The notes: generated by a model not told the origin, from the sequence alone. Shown: positions 8,227-18,600, counted from the first letter of the stretch. The stretch is DNA of 32,000 bases from Candidatus Brocadia sp. (GCA_021650915.1 CP091279.1:60001-92000), one strand, 5' to 3'. Made by a program: numbers and translations.

Positions 8227-8572
8227 TGCTTATGCCGATTTGCCCTGCACCCTGCTGCCGAAAGCAAGACGGCATGCAGTTTTTTGCGATACTTTTTGCG
8301 ATGAGGAAGCCTTGAACGTAAAACAAGCAGAGAAAATTCCCAAACAGGCTGAATCCCTGGGTTTCAAGTTAAAGGTATCGGCGGTGTTTCGCTGGCCATT
8401 CGTTTAAAAGTACCCGCAGCAGACCATCTTGACAATATCAAACAACGTGATATAGTAAGGTTAAAAGAGAGTGAAATAATTTGGCAGCAATTGAGCTTTT
8501 TGAAAATTTCTCGTATCTATTCAGCGTGCTTTCGCTCACCATCGCTACGAGTAAACAAAATAGCGCTTCTTT

Positions 8573-8940
8573 AATCCCGAAGGGGTGACATGATTATAGC
8601 ATAACGCAGCACAGCCGCAACCAATTCCCCCTTGTGAAAGCGGGAGATTGCTTCGGAAAAGGCCCTCGCAATGACAGTGATCATGCACTTTGATGGCACA
8701 CTGCACGTTGTCACTGCGAGTGAAGCGAAGCAATCTTTCACTCATAAAAAACGGTGACTCCTGAAAGGGGTTTGTGAAAAAACTTACAAAAAAAGAAGTT
8801 TTTATACAGTAATACTATATCGTTATGCGATTATGGCCAACCCTGGGGTGACATAGTATCGCTATTTTCCCGATATTTCACCCTTACGGGATTGAATAGG
8901 GCGGTGCGCTTTTTCTATAATCATGTCATCCCTTCGGGAT
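8573..8940. repeat. Second copy of the 27-bp-TIR palindromic element, interrupted by an approximately 215-bp repeat
   Basis: Termini AATCCCGAAGGGGTGACATGATTATAG (8573-8599) and CTATAATCATGTCATCCCTTCGGGATT (8914-8940). The interior GTATCGCTATTTTCCCGATATTTCACCC matches copy 1. Confidence 0.8.
8604..8820. repeat. About 215-bp dispersed repeat, copy A (inserted within the palindromic element)
   Basis: ACAGCCGCAACCA..GAGATTGCTTCGGAAAAGGCCCTCGCAATGACAG..GCACTTTGATGGCACACTGCACGTT..GCGAGTGAAGCGAAGCAATCTTTCACTCATAAAAAACGG..ACTTACAAAAAAAGAAGTTTTTA also occurs at 9602-9817. Confidence 0.8.
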
Positions 8941-9131
8941 TTTTCAAAAAACTAAAGTGTCGCGTAATTCGTATTCTCTTACCGGAACCGCCATTTTTTA
9001 ATGAAAGACGCCTATGCACCGGCACAAAAAATGATAGCGCGTGATGTGTCCATTGCCGTGAGCAGGATTGCCTTGCATTCTATTGAATAAACATCATACA
9101 AACATTTTTTTCTGAGGAGGAAGAGGTCATT

Positions 9132-9584
9132 ATGAAGGTGAATGGTTTTACAAAAGATGAGAAAATAATTTGCCTATTTATTCTTTTCATGGGAATACTG
9201 CACCCAATGAAAACAGTATATAGCAACTCATCCGCAGAAAAGAAAAAGGCGGAAACGCCAATAACCGGGGTAACCATCGTGTCGCTGGATGCGCCGCTGC
9301 GGGCTTCTATTGGAAGGAAGGTCAATATTGAAGTCGTTATTGGTAATGAAAGGGCAACAAAGGCGACGACCATTCTGACGGTAACGTGCCCAACAACAAA
9401 ACAGCAAATTGGCAGAGAAGCCGAAACACTTGCAAGTCTGTCTTCCCAGAAAATTACCTATAGCTGGAATACCGATGGATTAAAAGAAGGTACCTATGTG
9501 ATCAGGGCTGAATTGGAAAAGTTGCCAGACGAGACCGTGCTGGATGATAACGTACGGCAGATAGAAATACTCATGCAACGGTAG
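9132..9584 (+). CDS. Small predicted exported protein with a CARDB/immunoglobulin-like region
   Basis: 150 aa; hydrophobic N-terminus IICLFILFMGILHPMKTVYS; LRASIGRKVNIEVVIGNERATKATTILTVTC. Appearance-based. Confidence 0.5.
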   Translation: MKVNGFTKDEKIICLFILFMGILHPMKTVYSNSSAEKKKAETPITGVTIVSLDAPLRASIGRKVNIEVVIGNERATKATTILTVTCPTTKQQIGREAETLASLSSQKITYSWNTDGLKEGTYVIRAELEKLPDETVLDDNVRQIEILMQR

Positions 9585-9601
9585 GCAGCGTTACCATTCA
9601 T

Positions 9602-9817
9602 AGCGCGACACAGCCGCAACCAAATTTCCTTTATGAAAGCGGGGAGATTGCTTCGGAAAAGGCCCTCGCAATGACAGCGACCATGCACTTTGATGGCACA
9701 CTGCACGTTATCATTGCGAGTGAAGCGAAGCAATCTTTCACTCATAAAAAACGGCACCTCCTGAAAGGGGTTTGTGAAAAAACTTACAAAAAAAGAAGTT
9801 TTTACGCAGTAATATTA
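9602..9817. repeat. About 215-bp dispersed repeat, copy B
   Basis: Near-identical to 8604-8820; abuts the 117-bp element at 9818. Confidence 0.8.
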
Positions 9818-9934
9818 TATACTCAAGATGCTCATAAAATGTGAATTTTAAGTTGGTAATAAGGTGGCATGGACAAACTCTGTTTGTCCGTGTTGAACTA
9901 CTATAAATCACAAATTGTGAACCTGTGGAGTATA
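9818..9934. repeat. 117-bp MITE-like element, copy 1 (TIR TATACTC/GAGTATA)
   Basis: TATACTCAAGATGCTCATAAAATGTGAATTTTAA..GGTGGCATGGACAAACTCTGTTTGTCCGTG..GAACTACTATAAATC..GTGGAGTATA; also at 19020 and 30656. Confidence 0.85.
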
Positions 9935-10215
9935 CGTGCAGTAAACCACGACCAGGTCTCCGCGGTGAAGAGGGTTATTTATCAGAAGACTCGTAAGGCA
10001 GGAAGCTTTTTCGCAGCACTATTATAAAGGGAATTCTTGTCGATTTACGGGATTGTCTGTCTGCGTTCCTCTGGTTAAAAAGGCACGGCTCTGTAGCGTT
10101 TGTTAATTGTTTGGTAGAGTAGAAAAGAGAGACTTGGTTAAAGAAAAAGCCCTCCAAATATGGTAAAAAATAGTTTTGATACAAGAAACTAAACCATAAA
10201 GAGAAGGAGGGCTAT

Positions 10216-10818
10216 ATGGGAGCAACCCCATGCACAGATGGTATCACAATAGAATTTGGTTGTCAAATTCGGGTTGAATTAAAGGACGGCAGCCTGGAGT
10301 CGATTCTCAAGGCATTTTGCAAGATACTGCCGGAGATATTAAGGGATTTTATTCAGAAGATCGTGGTTGGTTTTGGTGAGAGTGCGATGGCGCAATCACG
10401 GAAGCCATTTTGCTGCGACGAATGTGGGAATGACAAGGAGTTTATCTGGAAGACGAGGCATGGAAAAGAGACGAAGATACTGACGGTCTTTCAGTGGTTG
10501 AGATTAGAGCAGTTGCAGGTGCAGTGCAAGAGGTGCGGTCATAAGATGTATATAGTCGCTGCATATTGTCGTGATGTTGGACTTGTGCTCCGGGAACTGC
10601 GACGCGTATGTAAACCAGAAGCTCATATGTGTTGGGTCATCGGAGACTCTGCACCCTGCGGTGTTTATTGCCCTACCGAAGAATGGATTGCTAAAATGGC
10701 AACAGCATCCGGATTTGAACGATATCATTTCGATAAACTTCGGGATCGAAATATGAAGTGGAAGAATCGCAAACACCGTGTCCCTCTTAAAGAGGGTCTG
10801 CTTTGGATTGAGGGTTAA
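10216..10818 (+). pseudogene. Chimeric ORF: zinc-finger transposase-like N-terminal fragment fused to a DNA methyltransferase C-terminal fragment
   Basis: N-terminal part CCDECGNDKEFIWKTRHGKETKILTVFQWLRLEQLQVQCKRCGHKMY; C-terminal part VLRELRRVCKPEAHMCWVIGDSAPCGVYCPTEEWIAKMATASGFERYHFDKLRDRNMKWKNRKHRVPLKEGLLWIEG. No SAM-binding or (D/N/S)PP(Y/W) catalytic motif remains. Confidence 0.65.
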
Positions 10819-10820
10819 GT

Positions 10821-11487
10821 ATGGCAGTGCCGCTTGCACACAAATTCGGTCAGATAATCGGAAACGTCCTTGAAAATGCCATAACACCGACCCTTCGCAC
10901 CTTTGCAGACAAACAGGCTTGTACTTAGACATAAAATGGCCACGAACTGCACGAGTGGGGAAGAAAGTCACGTGGAAGGATGTAAACGGCAATGCACATG
11001 ATTTGGACTTTGTACTCGAACGAAGCGGTACGGATGAAACTATTGGTGTGCCTGTTGCTTTTATTGAGACCGCTTGGCGGCGTTACACGAGGCACTCCCG
11101 CAATAAGGCTCAGGAAATTCAAGGAGCAATTCAGGTTCTGTTTTTAACCCACAAACATGGTTGCCCGTTCATCGGTGCGATTCTCGCAGGCGAGTTCACG
11201 ACTGGCGCGCTGAATCAGCTGAAATCCCTCGGCTTTCATGTGCTCTATTTCCCCTATGACTCAATTGTTCAGGCGTTCAAATCTGCTGGAGTTAATGCGG
11301 ATTTCGACGAGGATACTCCAGAAAAGGACTTTCGCAGCAAACTTCGCAGTTGGAATGCGAGCAACAAGGCGTTGCTGATAAACCTCTGAAAATGCATTAT
11401 CAAGATGTAGATGCCTTTATTGGTGCGCTTGAGCTATCAGCATCTCGGTGGCTTGATAAGATTATTGGTAACACTTTAGTTTTTTGA
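10821..11487 (+). pseudogene. Frameshifted type II restriction endonuclease-like gene
   Basis: MAVPLAHKFGQIIGNVLENAITPTLRTFADKQ (frame 3, TAG at 10926) continues in frame 2 as LYLDIKWPRTARVGKKVTWKDVNGNAHDLDFVLERSG..VAFIETAWRRYTRHSRNKAQEIQGAI (to TGA 11389), then apparently in frame 1 as DKPLKMHYQDVDAFIGALELSASRWLDKIIGN. Confidence 0.65.
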
Positions 11488-11616
11488 AAAAGTAGGGGCG
11501 AAGCATTTGCCTGCTTGGGGTGTGAATACATTTATATCAATTTATGGCAAATGCTTCGCCCTTACACCGTGCGGTAACATTGTTATTATTGTAATTTTTC
11601 AAAAAACTAAAGTGTT
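11470..11616. repeat. Composite palindromic element (147 bp) overlapping the end of the endonuclease remnant
   Basis: Outer 22-bp perfect arms AACACTTTAGTTTTTTGAAAAA (11470-11491) / TTTTTCAAAAAACTAAAGTGTT (11595-11616); inner arms GTAGGGGCGAAGCATTTGCC (11492-11511) / GGCAAATGCTTCGCCCTTAC (11546-11565), 19/20 complementary. Confidence 0.85.
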
Positions 11617-11622
11617 ACGATT

Positions 11623-11826
11623 ATGGTTATTCCGTTACATGGCAAAGAGACAGAGTGCTCTTCGGCTGACGAAGCAATTTCCTTCCTTTCCACCTACAAA
11701 TCAAACGGTGTTCAAGGTAAAGTATACAAATACGAGATTAATGTTCTTTACAATAATGGTGATCGTATCACGGCTGAATTCACAACGAAGGAGGCTGTCG
11801 TGGAATTTCTAACTCGGTACAGATAA
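11623..11826 (+). CDS. Small hypothetical protein
   Basis: 67 aa; SADEAISFLSTYKSNGVQGKVYKYEINVLYNNGDRITAEFTTKEAVVEFLTRY is protein-like in composition, but the start region lies beside a repeat. Confidence 0.35.
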   Translation: MVIPLHGKETECSSADEAISFLSTYKSNGVQGKVYKYEINVLYNNGDRITAEFTTKEAVVEFLTRYR

Positions 11827-11881
11827 GCCTCTAAGCGCCTAATATCCAGTTGCCCGCTTGATCCAATCTCTGAAAAACAGG

Positions 11882-12364
11882 CTAAGATTTATCCTTTTTA
11901 TGCACCTGCGTGACCAGGAAATTCTGAATCCCCATGTCCTTGATTTGCTGGAGGTATGCCTCCAGGTCATTCGCATGCCGTTCCTCGTCAAGGAGGATGT
12001 GTTCAAGCAACTCACGTGAGCCACCATCGGCTTCATCAATGCATAGTTTGATAGCCCTTTGAAGCCTGTGTATGGCAACCTTTTCGAGTCCGTAGTCATT
12101 CTCGGTTTGTTCTTTTACCGCAGACCCCACACTGATTTTATCAAGCTTGGTGATAACGGGGATGCCTTCTAAATACAAAATACGTTCAATCAGATTTTCC
12201 GCATGTTTCATCTCTTCTATAGCCCTTTTTTCGGTGTCTTCGTACAGAAGTAGATATCCCCAGTTTTCGCACATCTTGGCGTGGATAAAATATTGATTAA
12301 TCGCTGTAATTTCCGCCGTCAGCACCTCATTGAGCACTTCAATAACCTTTGCGTTTCCTTTCAT
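11882..12364 (-). CDS. bfr: Bacterioferritin
   Basis: [80 protein letters not shown]. Confidence 0.92.
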   Translation of the reverse strand: MKGNAKVIEVLNEVLTAEITAINQYFIHAKMCENWGYLLLYEDTEKRAIEEMKHAENLIERILYLEGIPVITKLDKISVGSAVKEQTENDYGLEKVAIHRLQRAIKLCIDEADGGSRELLEHILLDEERHANDLEAYLQQIKDMGIQNFLVTQVHKKDKS

Positions 12365-12805
12365 AACATAAGCCTCCTCGCAATTAAGAAATAGTTATCA
12401 GGCATGAAACAGACCCTGGCGCTTATTTACCAGGGGGAACGAGAGCACACGATTTCCCCTGGCGTACTTGCAACAGGAAGGGAAATGGCATGTTCCTTTT
12501 GGTCGCTGTTGTGTCTCATGTGAAAGAGAGAAGATTTCACGCTATCTTCTGATTACAAATTAATAACACATTATAATGTACTCCGCATCAATTGCAAAGC
12601 AGATTTTCTTTTCTCGCGGAGAAAAAAAATTGACTTTAATTAAATTATGTAATAATCTAAGGGGTGTGTATCGCTTTGCCTCCTTGAAGAAAGCGCCCGC
12701 ACGGGCTATATCGTAGTACGATCTCATGGATTGTCGAGGAGGTCGCAAAAAACTTACCTGAAAAAAGAAGTTTTTTTCCAGAAGAAACAGAGAGAAGGGC
12801 AGAAT

Positions 12806-14047
12806 ATGGGACTTATTGTACAAAAATTTGGCGGCACCTCGGTTGCAAATGCAGAACGCATCAAGGCTGCTGCAAAACGGATTGTTGAGACGTATAAGGC
12901 GGGGAATCAGGTCATTGTGGTAGTCTCGGCAAGGGGCCAAACGACGGATGAATTGATTGACCTTGCCCGTGAAATAACCGACACCCCATCGACGCGGGAG
13001 ATGGACATGCTCATGTCTACCGGCGAACAGATTTCCATTGCCCTTGTGGCTATGGCGATCCATGCCCTTGGGTATCCTGCGGTCTCTTTCACCGGCGGAC
13101 AGGTGGGCATCGTTACGGACAGCTATCATACCAAGGCGCGCATTAGAAACATCAGTACGGACCGTATAAAAAAGGAAGTAGATAACGGCACGATCGTTAT
13201 TGTTGCCGGGTTCCAGGGGATTGATGCAAATGAAAATATTACCACCCTTGGACGGGGTGGTTCGGATACCACAGCCGTGGCCCTGGCCGCGATTATGAAA
13301 GCAGACCGGTGTGATATTTTTACCGATGTGGATGGAATTTATACGGCCGACCCACGAAAGGTTCCTCATGCACGCAAGCTTGATAAGGTATCGTACGACG
13401 AGATCCTGGAACTGGCGAGCCTGGGCGCGCAGGTGATGCATTCCCGTTCTATTGAATTTGCAAAAAAATATGACGTTCCGCTGTATGTCTGTTCGAGTTT
13501 CAACAACAAAGAAGGGACGTTGATTTGTAAGGAGGCGAAAGAGATGGAAGATATTGTGGTAAGTGGTGTGGCGGTAAGCAAGGATGACGCAAAGATTACG
13601 ATCCGGGCAGTACCGGATGTCCCTGGCCAGGCAGCCAAGATTTTTCATGAGATTGCCAAGAGAAATATTAACGTCGACATGATTATCCAGAATGCCAGTA
13701 TTGAGGGCCGGGCGGATGTGACGTTTACCGTGCCCCGGAGCGATTTGCGGGAGGCATTGAATGTTGCGGAGAAGATCAGGAAAGATCTCGGGGCGAAGGA
13801 GGTGCTGCACGACAGCAAGATCGCAAAACTTTCAGTTGTGGGCATTGGCATGCGGAGCCACTGTGGTGTGGCGGAAAAGATGTTTAGCGTACTGGCAATG
13901 GAAAAGATCAATATCCAGATGATCAGCACCTCAGAGATCAAGATTTCCTGCGTCATCGATGAAGCGCATGCAGACCGCGCCTTACGGACGGTTCATACCG
14001 CCTTCGGGCTGGATAAAGTGGAAAAAGAAGAGGTTGTGAAAGTGTAA
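12806..14047 (+). CDS. lysC: Aspartate kinase
   Basis: MGLIVQKFGGTSVANAERIKAAAKRIV, GFQGIDANENITTLGRGGSDTTAVALAAIMKADRCDIFTDVDGIYTADPR, with C-terminal ACT domains. Confidence 0.95.
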   Translation: MGLIVQKFGGTSVANAERIKAAAKRIVETYKAGNQVIVVVSARGQTTDELIDLAREITDTPSTREMDMLMSTGEQISIALVAMAIHALGYPAVSFTGGQVGIVTDSYHTKARIRNISTDRIKKEVDNGTIVIVAGFQGIDANENITTLGRGGSDTTAVALAAIMKADRCDIFTDVDGIYTADPRKVPHARKLDKVSYDEILELASLGAQVMHSRSIEFAKKYDVPLYVCSSFNNKEGTLICKEAKEMEDIVVSGVAVSKDDAKITIRAVPDVPGQAAKIFHEIAKRNINVDMIIQNASIEGRADVTFTVPRSDLREALNVAEKIRKDLGAKEVLHDSKIAKLSVVGIGMRSHCGVAEKMFSVLAMEKINIQMISTSEIKISCVIDEAHADRALRTVHTAFGLDKVEKEEVVKV

Positions 14048-14070
14048 AACGGGGTTTTTGTGGAGAAACA

Positions 14071-14499
14071 ATGAAAATGGAAAAAGCGCGTTATTTCTTC
14101 GTCGTCCTTCTCTCCGCACTCTTCATAACAAGTGCCTGTGCTACGAAAAAGCCCGTCCTTTATCCCAATGATTACTTTAATAAGGTCGGACGCGACGCCG
14201 CTGACAAAGATGTTAATGACTGCACTCGGCTTGCAAAAGAACATGTTGGCAAATACGGACGTGAAAAAAGGATTGCTGAACAGACTGCCATGGGTGCGGC
14301 TGTAGGTGCCGCGACAGGCGCTGCTGCAGGGGCGGTGAGAGGAAACGTCGGCATGGGTGCCGCAACGGGGGCGGCTGCTGGCGCTGCTGGCGGGCTTATC
14401 TTTAGCTTATTTAAGGCCAGAGATCCCGACCCTGTGCTCAAACAGTATATTGAGAAGTGCCTGAGTGAAAAGGGATACGAAGTTATTGGCTGGAAATAG
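14071..14499 (+). CDS. Glycine-zipper lipoprotein
   Basis: Lipobox-like FITSACATKK; MGAAVGAATGAAAGAVRGNVGMGAATGAAAGAAGGLIF. Confidence 0.7.
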   Translation: MKMEKARYFFVVLLSALFITSACATKKPVLYPNDYFNKVGRDAADKDVNDCTRLAKEHVGKYGREKRIAEQTAMGAAVGAATGAAAGAVRGNVGMGAATGAAAGAAGGLIFSLFKARDPDPVLKQYIEKCLSEKGYEVIGWK

Positions 14500-14596
14500 G
14501 ATGAACTTTCTTATCGCGTGCGCAATCGTTTTTTTGTTGATTTTTATGCCGGGATCGTGAGTTGTATCAGCTTCCGGAGATTTTTTATCATGGGGC

Positions 14597-15328
14597 ATGA
14601 TTATGAAAAAGCAATATAGTGCAATAATGCTGGTAGTGATGCTGACGGTTGGCACGGCGTATGGCGGGTTTCTCAGCGACCTTTTTAAAAAAGGGGGCAC
14701 CGCTGCTTCAAAGGTCAAACTTGATGAAAGCACGGTCACGGCGGGGATAAAGGAGGCGCTCTCCCTTGCAACAGATAAAACGGTGACTTCTCTATCCTCT
14801 CTCGATGGTTATTTTGCCAATAAGTCGGTTAAGATTGTGATGCCTGAAAAGATCCAGAAGGTTGCTGATACCTTGGGGAAATTTGGATTCCAGAGGCAGG
14901 TTGACGACTTTGTCCTGAGCATGAACCGCGCAGCGGAAAAGGCGGCACCGGTCGCCAGAGAACATTTCGTTGATGCGATAAAACAGATGACAGTCAAAGA
15001 TGCCAGGAAGATATTAGAAGGTGGAGACACGGCGGCTACTGATTTTTTCAGGGAGAAAACGTACAATAAACTCTACGATTCATTCAAACCAACGATTTCC
15101 GACTCCATGGACCATGTGGGGGTTACCAATTATTATAAGGATATGATGGGTAAATTTACGGCGATTCCTTTTATGAACGCCGCATCCGTTGATCTGGATG
15201 ATTATGTGACAAACGAGGCTCTTGACGGGCTTTTTCACATGGTCGGTGAGGAAGAAAAGAAGATCAGAAAAGATCCCGCGGCGCGGGTAACAGACCTCCT
15301 GAAAGAGGTGTTTGGTGGAGCAACGTAA
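14597..15328 (+). CDS. DUF4197-like exported protein
   Basis: Signal-like N-terminus; GGFLSDLFKKGG, GIKEALSLATDKTVTSLSSLDGYFANKSVKIVMPEKIQKV, VTNEALDGLFHMVGEEEKKIRKDP. Confidence 0.75.
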   Translation: MIMKKQYSAIMLVVMLTVGTAYGGFLSDLFKKGGTAASKVKLDESTVTAGIKEALSLATDKTVTSLSSLDGYFANKSVKIVMPEKIQKVADTLGKFGFQRQVDDFVLSMNRAAEKAAPVAREHFVDAIKQMTVKDARKILEGGDTAATDFFREKTYNKLYDSFKPTISDSMDHVGVTNYYKDMMGKFTAIPFMNAASVDLDDYVTNEALDGLFHMVGEEEKKIRKDPAARVTDLLKEVFGGAT

Positions 15329-15632
15329 GGGTCTCAGGCCATAGCAGGTTGTCCGGGAAGGTGTCCGGCAAAAAAGGTGGGACACGATAAATCCCGAAGG
15401 GGGACTAAGAGGTGTGTGTAAAATGCTGAAACACCCCCCAACCCTTCTTTTTAATGGAAAGACAAAAAGTTGCTGCCGAAGACAGACTGATTAAAAAAGC
15501 AGGTTGCCTGCTGACAACCACTCCAGAAGATTTCTCGCCTTTGTCCTTTTTGCATGCCCTCTTTTCCTCCTGCGGTTTGTTTCATCGGGGGGGTTGATAA
15601 AGTGCGCCAAAACAGGCAATTTTTATCTCGAA

Positions 15633-18600
15633 TTACGAGAGTCTGGTTAACTGCTGCTGCTCCATTATCTCCTTCCTTGATGATCGCTGAAATAGGGTTC
15701 GGACTTTTTCCTGGAAGGTATCCATGTAAGTATAAAAAACAGGGGTGAGGTAAAGGGTAACAAGCTGGGAAAAAAGCAGACCTCCTACCATAACAAGCCC
15801 CAGGGGACGGCGCGCCTCCGCCCCTGCGCCAAAGCCAAGGGCTATCGGCAAAGCGCCCATGAGCGCTGCCATGGTAGTCATCATGATGGGACGGAACCGG
15901 GTCAGACACCCCTGATATATCGCCTCTAAAGGATTCGTCCCCTCTTTCCTTTGTGTTTCCAGGGCAAAATCGATCTGCATAATGGCATTCTTCTTGACGA
16001 TCCCTATTAACATGACGAGACCCACGAAGCCGTAAACATCCAAATCCAGGTGGAAAAGGAGGAGTGTCATGAGCGCACCCAATCCGGCGGAAGGAAGTCC
16101 AGACAGGATGGTTATCGGGTGGATAAAGCTCTCATAAAGTATTCCCAAAACGATATAAATGACCAGAATGGCCAAAAATAATAACACTCCCAGCCCTTGC
16201 ATTGACGATTGGAATTCCTGTGCAGTGCCCTGAAAGCTGGTGTTAATGGCAGGGGGCAAGGTCTTGCGCGCCAGTTCGTTGACCCCGGTAACGGCCTCGC
16301 TCAGGGAGATTCCTGGTTTGAGGTTAAATGAAATCGTAACGGCTGGGAACTGTCCCAGGTGGTTAATTGTCTGAGGGCCAAGATTCTCTGTCAGCGTTGC
16401 GACCGCGTATAACGGAATGGGAAGTCCATTCAACGAGTTTATATAAAGCATGTGCAAGGTATCCTGATTTATCTGATACTGCGGCTCTAATTCCATGATG
16501 ACCTTATATTGGTCATTGGGTGCATAGATCGTTGAGACCCACCGGTTACCGTAGGCGCTGTAGAGCGCACTTTCGATTTGTCTCGCTGTTACCCCGAGTG
16601 TCGAGGCCTTGTCCCGGTGAATTACAACGTTTATTTGCGGACTCTTGATCTGCAAGTCGCTGGTTACATCTTGCAATATTGGCAGATTCTGCATTTCGGC
16701 TTCCAGGATTGGGGCATAATGATAAAGTTCTTCTATGTTCGGACTTTGCAAGGTAAACTGATACAGGCTTTTTGTCAGCCGCCCCCCGATGCGAATTTCG
16801 GGAGGGTCCTGCATGAAAATTCTGATGCCCGGAATCGTGGCGAGCTTTTGATGCAATTCACCAATTACCTGCGCAGAACTCAGACGGCGCTCGGATCGTG
16901 GTTTTAAATGGATAAACATCATTCCCTGGTTGGGACTGGCAGCAGCGCCTGAACTGCCGACACTCGAATAAAAGTCCTTAACGTTCGGGTCTTTGTGGAC
17001 GATATCCGCCACGGACTGCTGGAGTTGTACCATCTTATCGAAAGAGATTCCCTCCTGAGCTTCTGTAATGGCGAAAATCTGTCCCTGATCTTCGTTCGGA
17101 AGGAATCCCTTGGGAATTGTTGTAAAAAAATATCCCGTAGCCAAAAGGATGACGCCGGAAGCTGCCAGCGTGGTCAGACGATACTGCAAAGCCAGCCTGA
17201 GACTCCGTTCATAAACTTTTAGCAGCCTGTTGAAGAAATTCTCAATAGCCATGTACAGACGTCCGTGTTTCTTCTCAGACGGTGGACGTAAGAAACGACT
17301 ACAAAGCATGGGGGTAAGACTAAGTGAGACAAAACCTGATATCAGAATTGCCACACAAATGGTAACGGCAAATTCCCGGAATAATCGTCCGACAACGCCT
17401 CCCATGAACAGCACGGGAATAAACACGGCTGCGAGTGAAAGCGTCATGGAGAGAATGGTAAAACTGATTTCCCCGGACCCCTTGAGCGCCGCCTGGAATG
17501 GCTTTTCCCCCATCTCCATATGACGGACGATGTTTTCAAGGATGACGATGGCATCGTCTACCACAAACCCGATTGCAAGAATCAATGCCACAAGGGAGAG
17601 GTTGTCCATGCTGTAATTGAAGAGATACATTACGGCAAAGGTGCCTACAATGGACAGCGGGAGCGCCAGACTGGGGATCACCGTGGCAGAGAAATTACGC
17701 AGAAAAAGGAGTATGGTCATAACAACCAGGGCAAAAGTCAGGATCATGGTAAATTTAACTTCGTGGATCGATTTCAGGATTGATTCTGAACGGTCATAGA
17801 GAATATGCATTTCAGCCGAAGGCGGCAGATGCGATTGGAAGACAGGCAGGAGTTTTTTGACGTTACCAGCAACTTCAACTGCATTCGTTCCCGGCTGGCG
17901 CTGAACTGCCAGCACAACGGCCCGCTGGCTTCCGTTTTTGTCCACGTACCAGGCAGCAGCCTTATCATTTTCAACGCTGTCAATGATCCTTCCCAGTTCC
18001 TCAAGACGCACTGGCGAACCGTCGCGGTAGGTTACGATAACGGAACGGTAGTCGAAGGCCTTGAATAGTTGGCCGGTAGCAAGGATGGTAAATGCCTTGT
18101 GGGTTCCATCCAGGGTTCCTGTAGGCAGATTAACATTTGCATTGCGGAGCGCGTCTTCTACCGTGTCGATTCCAATACCTTTACCGGCAAGGGCATGGGG
18201 GTTAAGTTGAACGCGAACGGCATATTTCTGTGGTCCGTAAATCTGGACCAGCGAGACCCCGCTGGTCATGGAGATACGCTGCGCCATCAGGGTGTCCGCG
18301 TAATCATGCAGTTCCCAGAGGGGAAGCGTCCGGGAAGTCAGGGCAATATACAAGACAGGCTGGTCGGCAGGGTTTACCTTCTTATAGGTGGGAGGTTGGG
18401 GCAAATCCTGAGGAAGAAATGGTGTAGCCTGGGTAATGGCAGTCTGTACGTCCTGCGCTGCTGCATCAATATTCCGGCTTAGTTTAAACTGAAGGGTAAT
18501 CTGCGTGGACCCCAGGGCGCTGGTGGAGGTCATGGAATCTAAGCCTTCAATCGTTGAAAACTGCCGCTCCAGGGGCGTCGCAACGGACGAAGACATGGTT

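Noticed and set aside
8280-8470. Possible coding remnant after mobA (QAESLGFKLKVS.., IRLKVPAADHLDNIKQRDIV)
   Set aside because: Short, with shifts between frames, and no family can be assigned with confidence.
10504-10992. 162-aa minus-strand ORF
   Set aside because: Antisense to the chimeric methyltransferase fragment and endonuclease remnant; no independent support.
12560-13810. 416-aa minus-strand ORF
   Set aside because: Antisense shadow of the well-supported aspartate kinase.
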